Assembly: GCA_038230695.1 (NCBI GenBank)
Contig: JBBRMT010000003.1
Span: 1 to 54,247 of the forward strand
From: Chloroflexia bacterium
Lineage (GTDB): Bacteria > Chloroflexota > Chloroflexia > QHBQ01
Direction of reading: 5' to 3'
Length of the DNA stretch: 54,247 nt
Part shown: positions 19,783 through 29,141 of the stretch, piece by piece
How positions within the stretch are numbered: the first letter of the stretch is position 1
How the letters are laid out: the number at the start of each line of letters is the position of its first letter
Translations under genes and position numbers: made by a program
Notes under the pieces: model-generated
What the model was told of the DNA's origin: nothing
The model's input: the letters and a program-made list of their open reading frames with translations, nothing else
Database searches by the model: none

Positions 19783-20664
19783 ATGAGACAGCTAACCTTG
19801 TGGGACATCCCTACCAACCCAGAGCGGATCGTAAATGTTGCCTCTGTACCGCTGCGTAGCCCGTTCCGCTACCCTGGTGGCAAGACCTGGCTAGTTCCCT
19901 ATATCCGCCGCTGGCTGGCGAGTTGCAATTCGCGCCCTATGGAGTTCATCGAGCCGTTCGCTGGTGGAGGTATCATCAGCCTGACGGTTGCGGCAGAGAG
20001 CCTTAGCGATCATGTGACGATGGTTTAGCTTGATAAGCAGGTGGCAGCAGTCTGGCAAACCATTCTTGACGAGCAAGGTAGCACATGGCTGGAGCAGCGC
20101 ATTTTGCGCTTTAATCCCACTTTGGAGACAGTCCACGCCGCGCTTGGTCAACCAACCGACCAGCAGACAGAACTAGCATTCCAAACCATCCTGAAGAACC
20201 GCGTTAACCGAGGTGGCATCCTTGCTGCTGGCGCAGGAATGGTTAAGAACGGCGAGGCCAACAAAGGGTTGCGCTCACGCTGGTACCCTGAAACGCTACA
20301 AAAGCGCATTGCCCAGGTGGCAGCAATGCGCGAGCGCATCACGTTTATTCACGGTGATGGGTTTAAGGCTATTGCAGACAACACGAACCGTACCGATGCT
20401 GTATTCTTTATTGACCCTCCCTACACCATAGCGGGCAAGCGGGCGGGTAGCAGGCTTTATACCCATGCCGATATTGACCACGAAGAATTGTTCCGCCTCG
20501 CTGCCAGTATCGTCGGCGATGTGCTGCTCACCTACGGCAACACCGACGAGGTGCGTGATTTGGCACAACGCTATGGCTTTGTAACTTGGCCCGTGGCGAT
20601 GAAAAACACCCACCATGTGATGATGCACGAGCTGCTAATTGGCAAGAATCTGGATTGGATCTAA
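19783..20664 (+). pseudogene. Dam/D12-class DNA adenine methyltransferase interrupted by in-frame TAG at 20026-20028
   Basis: SPFRYPGGK and EPFAGGG lie before the stop, FFIDPPY after it. Both ORF pieces are in the same frame (V*LD, where VELD would be expected). Confidence 0.85.
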
Positions 20665-20679
20665 CTTCAAGGAGCGCGA

Positions 20680-21543
20680 ATGATCGACGGATACATCGAG
20701 GCTGGCGCGGTGCGGCTGCACTACGCACGCGAGGGCGCAGTGGGCGACAAGAGGCCCATCCTGCTGCTGCATGGCTTCCCCCAGGACTTGTACTGCTGGC
20801 GTAAGGTGATGGGGCCACTGGCACAGCAGACTGGCTCTGCGGTTTATGCCATTGATATGAAGGGATTTGGCGATAGCGACAAGCCAACCAGCGGGCCAAA
20901 CGCGAAATATGACAAGATTACCATCGCGGGCGAGATTCGCCAGGCGATGCGCCTGATCGCCGAGCGCGATGGCTGGGCGGGGCGTAGCTTCGCAGTCGTC
21001 GGCCACGACTGGGGCGGGCCGGTTGCCTTCCTGCTTGCCTCTGGCTATCCTAAAGCGGTGGACAGCCTCGTGCTGGTAGATGGCCCTACGCGCCAGCCGC
21101 CGCCCTGGTACATCTGGTACGCCTTCGTCTTCAACATCCCCGGCTTCGAGTTTGTGTTGGACGTAGGCAGCGATGAAATTATTAAACGTGGATTGCTTGA
21201 TACGCTGGTGAACCCCGATGCAATCAGCGAGTCTGATTTGCGTCACTATCAAAAGGCGTTTGGCACCAAAGCGGCGCACCGAGCTGGCCTGGCCTACTAT
21301 CGCAACCTGCTAAAAGACCTGCCCAGCTTTGCTAGAGCGCGACGGCGCGGCATTAGCCAACCTACGCTGCTGGTATGGGCAGACAAGGATTTCGCCCTGC
21401 CGCTCTCCGTAGCCGAGCAGATGCACGCAGATATGCCCCATTCTCGCCTGGAAATCATCCGCAACTGCGGTCATTTCGTGCCAGAGGAGCAACCAGAGCA
21501 ACTAACCACCCTGCTTACCCGCTTTCTTGCGCCATCGCGCTGA
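20680..21543 (+). CDS. Alpha/beta hydrolase (epoxide hydrolase/haloalkane dehalogenase-like)
   Basis: LLHGFP, D.KGFGDSDKP, GHDWGG and GHFVPEEQP motifs. Confidence 0.92.
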   Translation: MIDGYIEAGAVRLHYAREGAVGDKRPILLLHGFPQDLYCWRKVMGPLAQQTGSAVYAIDMKGFGDSDKPTSGPNAKYDKITIAGEIRQAMRLIAERDGWAGRSFAVVGHDWGGPVAFLLASGYPKAVDSLVLVDGPTRQPPPWYIWYAFVFNIPGFEFVLDVGSDEIIKRGLLDTLVNPDAISESDLRHYQKAFGTKAAHRAGLAYYRNLLKDLPSFARARRRGISQPTLLVWADKDFALPLSVAEQMHADMPHSRLEIIRNCGHFVPEEQPEQLTTLLTRFLAPSR

Positions 21544-21547
21544 AACA

Positions 21548-21576
21548 AAAAGCCCCTCCCAAAATCGGAAGGGGCT
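21548..21576. terminator. Terminator hairpin between convergent genes
   Basis: AAAAGCCCCTCC...GGAAGGGGCT; the U-tract is on the minus strand. Confidence 0.7.
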
Positions 21577-21596
21577 GAGTCAATGATGGCAGTCGC

Positions 21597-22061
21597 TTAC
21601 AGCTTGCCAGCGCGACGAGCGCGAATTATGATGAATAGGTAGGGGATGACGAAGAACAGGTTAACGATGCCGGTGATGATGTCGTTCTGGAATACCCAGG
21701 GGTCGGCGTTCGACCCACCAGGGTTGAAGCCGAAGACGAAAGGCAGGATGAGCAGAGCCAGGGTAAGCAGCACAAAGCCATAGAGCGAGAGTTCGCCCAG
21801 GTTGGTGCCACCTAGCTTTATCTTCCAGCCGTACATACAGCCACTGGTAAACAGAATCATCAGTACGCCATAAACAATATCGCGGACACCGGCAGCCTGA
21901 ACCTCTGGCTGGAACGCACCCCGATCCCAGATTGAGGGTATGCCGCTACCAGGTAGCCAACTGAGGAACGGCCATACGATTAGCCAGACACCACCGAGAA
22001 AGCCGCCTAGCGAACCGAGAATATATCCTATATCTGATCTGCGTTTGGTTGTTGCCTCCAC
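21597..22061 (-). CDS. Four-TM membrane protein, SPW-repeat-like
   Basis: GTG start after GAAAGGAG. Two repeats of 'WLI.(W)PF ... (R/N)DI..G'. Confidence 0.7.
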   Translation of the reverse strand: MEATTKRRSDIGYILGSLGGFLGGVWLIVWPFLSWLPGSGIPSIWDRGAFQPEVQAAGVRDIVYGVLMILFTSGCMYGWKIKLGGTNLGELSLYGFVLLTLALLILPFVFGFNPGGSNADPWVFQNDIITGIVNLFFVIPYLFIIIRARRAGKL

Positions 22062-22207
22062 ACTACCAACTCCTTTCGCGCCGAGCGCGTGAATGGTGAA
22101 TAATTCGGAAGAGCGTTCCGGCGCAAGCGGTTGCGTCCGCCAATGGGTGCCACTGATGGGCAAGATAGCGCATCATGCTGGCTGTCTTTAGTGATGTTGA
22201 TGGTGCA

Positions 22208-22236
22208 ACTTTAGCAGGGTTTGCCCGCTCTGTCAA
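22208..22236 (-). promoter_or_regulatory. Sigma70-type promoter
   Basis: TTGACA-17nt-TAAAGT with extended TG. Confidence 0.7.
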
Positions 22237-22540
22237 GTTTACGCAAGGTAAGCCAAAATAGATGTAATATCAAATCGCCAATCAAATAGATGGTATGTTT
22301 TTCGTAGGGGCAGGCGGTGTCCGGCTAATGCAATTTATACCATCTGCTCAGTCCACAGTCCATAGTCCTCTGCCCTGATCAGGCGCGGCACGATTATTGT
22401 TATTAAGGTGTAAATATGGTAAAATTGTACCATAGAGATTGTGCAGTGGTCCGCCGGGCGCGGGCCATGCCTGTTTCAGCAGGGGCGTAAGGAAACCCGC
22501 GCTACCTAACAACAAAACAACTCTCACTAGTGGAGCTTGC

Positions 22541-23320
22541 TTGGCTAACAACATTCTGATTATCTCGGACCTTCACGCCAACCTGGCCGCGCTTCAAGCG
22601 GTAGTCGCCGACTTTATCACGCAGGCCGGTCAGCCCAGCGCCATTTGGTGCATGGGCGACATCGTAGATTATGGCGCGGAGCCGAACGAAGTCATCGCCA
22701 TGCTAAAAGAGTATCCCACTATCTGCGTGGCAGGCAACCACGAACTGGCGGTGCTGGGACAGGAGGAGTTGGCCCTGTTCAACCCCGATGCCCGCAAGAG
22801 CGTGATCTGGACGCAACAACACCTCAATGCCGACAGCCTCGATTATCTGCGCGGGCTGCCCCGCACCATCACTCTTGCTACTGATAACGCCGACTTCACC
22901 CTCGCGCATGGCAGCCCTCGTGACCCCGTCTGGGAGTATGTGCTGGAGAGCGAGGAGGCGGCCGACAACTTCCTGGTGATGGAAACCACCCATGGGCTAA
23001 TCGGCCATAGCCACCTCCCCATCTATTTCAAGATGATCCAACTGGATAACAAACACGCCGGAGTCGGGCGGGCGCTCGGTGAACACGACGATGTGTTGAA
23101 GATCGGCGATTACCACACCCGCGAACGGCTGCTGGTCAACCCCGGCGGGCTGGGCCAGCCGCGTAACGGCGACCCCCGCTCTTCGTATATAATCTACGAT
23201 GTGGAGAACGCCACGATGCGCTACCGTCGCGTTGCCTACGACATCAAAGCAACGCAGGCGAAGATCCATGCCGCGAAGCTGCCAGAACGGTTCGCCAAAC
23301 GGCTGGAGCGAGGAACCTGA
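22541..23320 (+). CDS. Metallophosphoesterase family protein
   Basis: SDLHAN, GDIVDYG, GNHE, HGSP, GHSH and NPGGLGQPR motifs. TTG start after GGAG. Confidence 0.92.
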   Translation: MANNILIISDLHANLAALQAVVADFITQAGQPSAIWCMGDIVDYGAEPNEVIAMLKEYPTICVAGNHELAVLGQEELALFNPDARKSVIWTQQHLNADSLDYLRGLPRTITLATDNADFTLAHGSPRDPVWEYVLESEEAADNFLVMETTHGLIGHSHLPIYFKMIQLDNKHAGVGRALGEHDDVLKIGDYHTRERLLVNPGGLGQPRNGDPRSSYIIYDVENATMRYRRVAYDIKATQAKIHAAKLPERFAKRLERGT

Positions 23321-23324
23321 CTAC

Positions 23325-23530
23325 AATGGTGAATGGTGAATGGTGAATGGTAAATGAGAGCGAGAACGCCGCACTAATCTGTAGGGGCGAACCATTGTTC
23401 GCCCTGAACGTCATCAAAACTGGCGGCCAGATTGTGAATGTTGAATTATGAATGAGAGCGAGAACGTCGAACTAATCTGTAGAGGCGAACCGTTGTTCGC
23501 CTGATGCGCCACTAAAACTGGTGACCAACC
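23325..23530. repeat. Two tandem ~98-bp units, each made of a heptamer tract and a GTAG REP
   Basis: AATGAGAGCGAGAACG..ACTAATCTGTAG(G/A)GGCGAACC.TTGTTCGCC..AAAACTGG at 23353 and 23451, preceded by (AATGGTG)x4. Confidence 0.8.
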
Positions 23531-23545
23531 AGATAAACAGGAGAT

Positions 23546-24958
23546 ATGGACAGTTCAAGTACAATTATGGCAGCGCACCCGCTGGCAGGCTTGCTGGTGT
23601 TGGCTGCCGAGATTTCAATACCGATCGACCCCTGGGTAGGGGCGATAATCATTGCCATTTCAATTGTGGGGGTGGCGTTCTTCTCTAGCTCTGAGGCGGC
23701 GCTGATTTCGGTTAGCCCGGTGCGTATCCACTATCTGGCCGAGCAAGGCAACCGCGCTGCGCTAAAGGTCGAAAAGTTGACCAAACAGCACAGCAAACTG
23801 TTCGCAACCATCCTGCTGTCGGAGAACGCGCTGATTATCTTCGCCTCCTCGATCGCCACGATAATTGCGGTTAGCCTGTTTGGTAGCGGCAACACCACCC
23901 TGGCAACCCTGGCCGCTACCCTGTTCGATGTTACCGTGGTGGTGATATTTGGCGAGATTACCCCCAAGACGATTGCCGCGCAGCATGCCGAGGCGTGGTC
24001 ACTGGTGGTGGCGCGGCCAATCAGCGCCTGGCTGCGGCTGATTACGCCGGTAATCTGGTTGTTCACCCGCGTAACCGATGCGGTGGTGCGCTTGATTGGG
24101 GTGGATACGCACGGCAAGTCGTCGCTGGCAACCGAGGAAGAGATTCGGATGCTGATTGACCTCTCTTCCAAGGAGGGGCAGATGCGCCAGGCCGAGAGCC
24201 ATCTCTTGCAGAATGTGTTCAAGTTTGGCGACCGCCAGGCCCGCGAGGTGATGACCCCACGCACCAGCATTGACTGCATCTCCGCCGATGCGTGCGTGAG
24301 CGACTTTCTGGCCGATTTTGCCGAGCAGGGCCACTCGCGCTGGCCGGTAGTGCGCGAAGACCTTGATGATGTGGTTGGTATCCTCTACGTCAAGGATGTG
24401 CTACTGGCGCTGGCGACCCCCGGCAAGCCCATCCGTGGGCTGCACATTGTGCCACCCGGTGCGGACAGCGGCAACATCGAACAGCAGCGTCAGGCCATCC
24501 TTGCTGCCAAAGTAGTCAGTCTGATGCGCGACGCGCACTTCACCCCTGAGACCAAGCCGGTACGTGACCTGCTCACCGAGATGCGCCAGCGCAAGGTGCA
24601 GGTGGCGTTGCTGGTAGACGAGTTCGGCGGCACGGCGGGCATGGTAACAATCGAGGATATGCTGGAAGAAATCGTCGGAGAGATGCAGGATGAGCTTGAC
24701 GAGGAGGGCAGTCGCTACGTCGCGGTTAACGAGAATACCATGCTGGCCGATGGTCAGATGCGGGTGGAGGAAGTCAACCACGCCTTTGCCACCAACATCC
24801 CCGAAGGCGACGATTATGAAACGTTGGCGGGTTTCGTGCTGCAAAAGCTGGCCCACCTGCCGCGCAAAGGCGAATACACCGACCATGGCAACCTCCGCAT
24901 CGAGGTAGAGGATGTGGAAGGCACCAGGATTAAGAAACTCAAACTTACCAAACTCTAG
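23546..24958 (+). CDS. Hemolysin/CorC-HlyC family protein (CNNM TM domain, CBS pair, CorC domain)
   Basis: FFSSSEAAL, FGEITPK, REVMTPR, HSRWPV, VDEFGGTAGMVTIED.LEEIVGE and YETLAGF motifs. Confidence 0.93.
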   Translation: MDSSSTIMAAHPLAGLLVLAAEISIPIDPWVGAIIIAISIVGVAFFSSSEAALISVSPVRIHYLAEQGNRAALKVEKLTKQHSKLFATILLSENALIIFASSIATIIAVSLFGSGNTTLATLAATLFDVTVVVIFGEITPKTIAAQHAEAWSLVVARPISAWLRLITPVIWLFTRVTDAVVRLIGVDTHGKSSLATEEEIRMLIDLSSKEGQMRQAESHLLQNVFKFGDRQAREVMTPRTSIDCISADACVSDFLADFAEQGHSRWPVVREDLDDVVGILYVKDVLLALATPGKPIRGLHIVPPGADSGNIEQQRQAILAAKVVSLMRDAHFTPETKPVRDLLTEMRQRKVQVALLVDEFGGTAGMVTIEDMLEEIVGEMQDELDEEGSRYVAVNENTMLADGQMRVEEVNHAFATNIPEGDDYETLAGFVLQKLAHLPRKGEYTDHGNLRIEVEDVEGTRIKKLKLTKL

Positions 24959-24972
24959 GAGGAGTTTTAACC

Positions 24973-25470
24973 ATGATTGACCCAAGAGGCGAACCATGGG
25001 GTCTTGCCCATGTGCTGATTGCGGTGAAGGACGGCGAGAGCGACGTTGACGCGCTGAAGCTGGGCTACGGCGTGGCGCGAAAGAGTCGCGGGCGAGTGAC
25101 TGTGCTGTATGTGGTGGAAGTGCCGCAGGCGCTAACCCTTGATGCCGAAATACCAGAGGCAGTGGCGAAAGGTGAAGCCGCCTTGCAGTTCGCTGAGAGA
25201 TTGGCCGCTGATTACGACCTTGAGGTGGATGGGGAAATCATCCAGGCGCGGCAGATCGGCCCGGCAATTGTGGATGAGGTTTCGGTGCGCCACGCCGATC
25301 TGGTGATAATGACTGCGCGGCTGCACCGCAAGCCTGGCGAGTTCGATATGGGCAAGACCGTACCCTATGTGTTGAGCAACGCGCCCTGTCGTGTGTGGAT
25401 CTGCCGTGCGCCGATCAGCGCCGATGATCGCAATCCCTACCGCTCCAGCGCGATGACCACGGTCAAGTAG
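24973..25470 (+). CDS. Universal stress protein
   Basis: VLIAV, VLYVVEVP, GPAIVD, ADLVIM and VLSNAPCRV motifs. Confidence 0.88.
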   Translation: MIDPRGEPWGLAHVLIAVKDGESDVDALKLGYGVARKSRGRVTVLYVVEVPQALTLDAEIPEAVAKGEAALQFAERLAADYDLEVDGEIIQARQIGPAIVDEVSVRHADLVIMTARLHRKPGEFDMGKTVPYVLSNAPCRVWICRAPISADDRNPYRSSAMTTVK

Positions 25471-25498
25471 TCTAAGAAGAAAAGGAGAGGCAACGTTT

Positions 25499-26056
25499 AT
25501 GCGAGCAGTAATTATGGGCTGTGGGCGGGTTGGCTCACGGCTGGCCAAACTGCTGTACAAGCAGGGTATATCGGTTTCGGTGATTGACGAAAATGTGGAT
25601 GCGTTTCGTCGGCTCGACCCCGCGATTGACGTGTTGACTGTAACTGGCACGGCGATTGACGAGGATGTGCAGCGGGCGGCGGGCATCGAAGGGGCGGCGG
25701 TGTTCGCGGCGGTCACCAATCGCGACAACTCGAACCTGATGGCGGCGCAGATCGCCCGCGCTACGTTCAAGGTGCCGGTGGTGCTGGTACGAATCTACGA
25801 CCCGGTGCGCGGCGATGTCTACCGTGAACTGGGTCTGGAGACGATCAGCCCCACTACTATTATAGCTGACCTGTTCTACGAGCGCATTGTCAAGCAACTG
25901 GGCAGCCAGCCGCCCGCAGCAGCGGCAGCCAGCGCCCAACCCACTGCGCCAGCAGCAATCCAATCCCAAGCTGCTCCCCAGCCGCTCCCGCGCCCAATAC
26001 CTCAGCCAGCGGCGCAGCCCAGCCCGGTTGACCCCACGAAGGGAGGGAATCGCTAA
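25499..26056 (+). CDS. trkA: TrkA/RCK_N potassium uptake NAD-binding protein
   Basis: MGCGRVG, D.SNLMAAQIA and RIYDP motifs. Confidence 0.85.
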   Translation: MRAVIMGCGRVGSRLAKLLYKQGISVSVIDENVDAFRRLDPAIDVLTVTGTAIDEDVQRAAGIEGAAVFAAVTNRDNSNLMAAQIARATFKVPVVLVRIYDPVRGDVYRELGLETISPTTIIADLFYERIVKQLGSQPPAAAAASAQPTAPAAIQSQAAPQPLPRPIPQPAAQPSPVDPTKGGNR

Positions 26057-26724
26057 TGTACGTTGTCGTGGTAGGCGGCGGTAAGGTTGGGTACTACCTG
26101 ACCAAGACGCTGGTGAACGAAGGCCATGAAGTGTTGTTGATCGAGAAGAACAAGAAAAAGGTGGACACCTACCTTGATCGCTTCGGCTCAGTGGTGATGC
26201 TGGGCGACGGCTGCGAGGTCAGCACCCTGGAAGCGGCGGGCGTGGGTCGCGCCGATGTGGTAATCGCTGCCTCTGGCGACGATGAGGATAATATGGTGGT
26301 TTGCCAGGTGTCGAAGGCCCGCTTCAACGTGCCGCGCACTATTGCCCGCGTCAACAACCCCAAGAATGAGCAGCTAATGCGTGATCTAGGCGTGGATGAT
26401 ACGGTCAACCAGACTAACGTCACTCTCAACATCCTGGAGCAAATGATCCCGGAGCGCGGTCTGGTTCACCTCTTCACCCTGAAGCACGCCGATCTGGCAA
26501 TTGTGGAATCGCGGGTCAACACCGACTCGCCTGCACTGGGCAAGAGCATCAGCGAGATCCAGTTCCCTCCCAGCACGGTGATTTCAGCGATCATGCGTAA
26601 GGGCCAGCTACTGGTTGCCAGTGGCAGCAGCCGTTTCGAGGAGGGCGACGAGGTTATCGCCATCGCGCAGAAGAGCCAGGAGAACGCCCTGCAAGCCCTG
26701 TTTGGTGGCGGGGCGAAGGGGTAA
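26056..26724 (+). CDS. trkA: TrkA family protein (RCK_N + RCK_C)
   Basis: VGGGKVG, GDDEDN and ARVNNPKN motifs, plus a C-terminal RCK_C domain. Confidence 0.9.
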   Translation: MYVVVVGGGKVGYYLTKTLVNEGHEVLLIEKNKKKVDTYLDRFGSVVMLGDGCEVSTLEAAGVGRADVVIAASGDDEDNMVVCQVSKARFNVPRTIARVNNPKNEQLMRDLGVDDTVNQTNVTLNILEQMIPERGLVHLFTLKHADLAIVESRVNTDSPALGKSISEIQFPPSTVISAIMRKGQLLVASGSSRFEEGDEVIAIAQKSQENALQALFGGGAKG

Positions 26725-26738
26725 TAGGAATAACAAAC

Positions 26739-27800
26739 TTGCTAACACCTCTCCCTACATTCCAACATCTAACCGCCCGCTTTCCTACTACCCGTTACCA
26801 GGGTAGCAAGGCAAAGCTGGCGAATTGGATTTGGCAGCAAATCGCTGACCTTGATTTTACTACCTGCCTCGATGCCTTCGGTGGCACGGGCGCGGTGGCC
26901 TATCGCTTGAAGCAAGAGGGTAAGCGGGTAACCTACAACGATCTATTGCGCTTCAACTATCAGTTTGGCCTTGCCCTCATTGAGAACAACGATACCTGCA
27001 TTGAGCTAAATGAGGTAGACTGGCTGCTATCCTGCCATCCCGATATAGCTTATCCCCGTTTTGTCCAGGATACTTTTGCTGATGTTTACTTCACCGCCGA
27101 AGAAAACGCCTGGATTGACCAGACTGTTACCAATATTCATCAACTAGCCAACCCTTACAAGTTTGCAATTGCGTTCTACGCACTGGCCCAAGCTTGCATC
27201 ATCAAGCGACCCTACAATCTGTTTCATCGTAAGAACCTGTATGTGCGCTTCGCCGAGGTAGAGCGTAGCTTTGGCAACAAAAAGACATGGGATACACCAT
27301 TCGATAACTGGTTCCGCGCCTTTATCGAAGAAGCCAACGGTGCCGTTTTCGATAATGGTCGCGCCAATGAGGCGCTCAATCTGGATGCTTGCGCCGTGCC
27401 TGGTGAATACGATCTGGTGTACCTTGACCCACCATACATCTCGGCTCACGGCATAGGTACTGACTACCTTGAGTTCTATCACTTCCTCGAAGGGCTGACC
27501 ATGTACGACGAGTGGGCAGCGCAGATAGACTACCGAACCAAACATCACCGCTTGCAGCGTCGCCCTTCTGACTGGACAGACAAGCAGCGTATCCACTTCG
27601 CATTCAATCGCCTGTTCCAACACTTCCGCAACAGCACCATCGTCGTTTCCTACCGTAGCGATGGTATACCCTCCGAAGCAGAGTTGGTGGGCTTGCTCAA
27701 GCAGTACAAACAGAACGTGCGCGTCGAACGTTATGGGCAGTACAAATATGCGCTATCTACAAACGCAGCTTCTCAGGAACTCCTGTTGATTGGCATATGA
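26739..27800 (+). CDS. D12-class DNA adenine methyltransferase of a type II RM system
   Basis: RYQGSK, DAFGGTG and YLDPPY motifs. Overlaps the downstream endonuclease by 4 nt (ATGA). Confidence 0.9.
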   Translation: MLTPLPTFQHLTARFPTTRYQGSKAKLANWIWQQIADLDFTTCLDAFGGTGAVAYRLKQEGKRVTYNDLLRFNYQFGLALIENNDTCIELNEVDWLLSCHPDIAYPRFVQDTFADVYFTAEENAWIDQTVTNIHQLANPYKFAIAFYALAQACIIKRPYNLFHRKNLYVRFAEVERSFGNKKTWDTPFDNWFRAFIEEANGAVFDNGRANEALNLDACAVPGEYDLVYLDPPYISAHGIGTDYLEFYHFLEGLTMYDEWAAQIDYRTKHHRLQRRPSDWTDKQRIHFAFNRLFQHFRNSTIVVSYRSDGIPSEAELVGLLKQYKQNVRVERYGQYKYALSTNAASQELLLIGI

Positions 27801-28609
27801 GCATAAGGAGTAGTATAGTGAACGCTGATCATTTTCGTGAAGAGCTACTGCCTTACTTTGATGCCTTTGCCCGCAAACTCGCCACCGATGAAGGCGATTG
27901 GACGGTTAAGGGCTTCATTGATGTCTATCGCAACATCTACACTGTTTCGGTAGATACGAAAGTTGTATCAAAGATAATTGAGCTAATGCTATATCCCATA
28001 TTCGTCAGCTTTGCTGTACAGCATAATTACCAAATGGTATTGAGCGGTCAGCAGAACCACTATCCAGATGTCAGCTTTGTCGCATCAGATGGGAGCAAAA
28101 TCGCACTCGACCTGAAGAGTACCTACCGCACTGCACCTGGTCTCGTCAATGGCTTCACCCTGGGCGCTTTCACTGGCTACTTCCGCCAGCGACACTCCCC
28201 CAAGAACGTGACATTCCCCTATGGGCAGTATGTTAAGCACTTTGTTCTCGGCATCATCTACAGCCGCACCGATAATGTAATTGAGGAGCGGCAAGTGCAT
28301 CAACTAGAGCAGCTTCAAGATATTACCTCAGTCGTGAGGGATTTCACCTTCGTTCTTCAGGAAAAGTGGCGGATTGCCAGTGACCAGCCGAGCAGCGGTA
28401 ATACCAAGAACATCGGCTCTTCCCATTATATCCAGAGCCTGATTGATGGCAATGGCACGTTCGCCACTCATGGAGAACAGGTCTTCGATGATTATTGGAT
28501 GAACTATCTAACAAACGATATGGCCCGCGCCATAGACTCATCCGTACCATATCGAAATATTAAAGGGTATCTAGCCTGGCGCAGTCGCGGTTCAATCCCA
28601 AGCCCATAA
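27797..28609 (+). CDS. EcoRV-family type II restriction endonuclease
   Basis: DTKVVSKIIEL, QQNHYPD, KIALDLKSTY, FTLG and SGNTKNIGS closely match remembered EcoRV motifs (QQNHYPD, KIAIDIKTTY, SGNTTNIGS). Confidence 0.85.
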   Translation: MSIRSSIVNADHFREELLPYFDAFARKLATDEGDWTVKGFIDVYRNIYTVSVDTKVVSKIIELMLYPIFVSFAVQHNYQMVLSGQQNHYPDVSFVASDGSKIALDLKSTYRTAPGLVNGFTLGAFTGYFRQRHSPKNVTFPYGQYVKHFVLGIIYSRTDNVIEERQVHQLEQLQDITSVVRDFTFVLQEKWRIASDQPSSGNTKNIGSSHYIQSLIDGNGTFATHGEQVFDDYWMNYLTNDMARAIDSSVPYRNIKGYLAWRSRGSIPSP

Positions 28610-28633
28610 TCGAGGTTGGAGGTGGGTTCAACC

Positions 28634-28662
28634 TTGACACTCGACTAACCCTATGATACGAT
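28634..28662 (+). promoter_or_regulatory. Sigma70-type promoter
   Basis: TTGACA-17nt-TACGAT with extended TG. Confidence 0.7.
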
Positions 28663-28696
28663 TCCTAGTGTCAGCTATTAACTAAGGAGGGATGTA

Positions 28697-29116
28697 ATGA
28701 TGCGCCTTACCATGAATGCCTCGGAGCTGTATAGCCGCTGGGTCGGTATCATCTACCTCATCTTCGCCACCATGGGCGCAGCCGTCTTCTTTGCCGACTT
28801 CTGGGGTCTGTCCGGGTTGCCCGGCAACTGGACCCTGATCGCCATCTATGCGATTATCGGCGCGGTGGGGGCAATTGTGGGGATGCTGATGGGCAGGCCG
28901 GAGCCGTGCTATGCTTACACCATGGTGGCCGGTATCGTGCTGACTGTTGTAGGGGCGCTGAACATTGTCGTCCCCGATTACACCACCTACTGGGGTGGAC
29001 AGCAGGCCAAGCTCGGCGACGGCATCTTCGATTTGCTCGTCGGCTTGCTTGGCCTGTACATTGCTCTTACCAGCCGAATGAAGCACGAGGGGGCAGAAGC
29101 GCCCACGCCGCAATGA
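28697..29116 (+). CDS. Small four-TM membrane protein
   Basis: TAAGGAGG RBS and four hydrophobic segments. Confidence 0.75.
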   Translation: MMRLTMNASELYSRWVGIIYLIFATMGAAVFFADFWGLSGLPGNWTLIAIYAIIGAVGAIVGMLMGRPEPCYAYTMVAGIVLTVVGALNIVVPDYTTYWGGQQAKLGDGIFDLLVGLLGLYIALTSRMKHEGAEAPTPQ

Positions 29117-29141
29117 CAGCGGAATAAGGGAGCTAAAGCGC

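Noticed and set aside
19783-19803. QLTLW clamp-binding-like motif at the MTase N-terminus
   Set aside because: It is a short, imperfect match in a disrupted gene and too weak to support alone.
20026-20028. Amber recoding or pyrrolysine readthrough
   Set aside because: TAG ends many intact genes in this window (for example at 16368, 17571 and 24958), and no pyl genes are seen. A point mutation or sequencing error is simpler.
23353-23530. Mini CRISPR array
   Set aside because: There are only two ~98-bp units, similar along their whole length and containing REPs, with no unique spacers.
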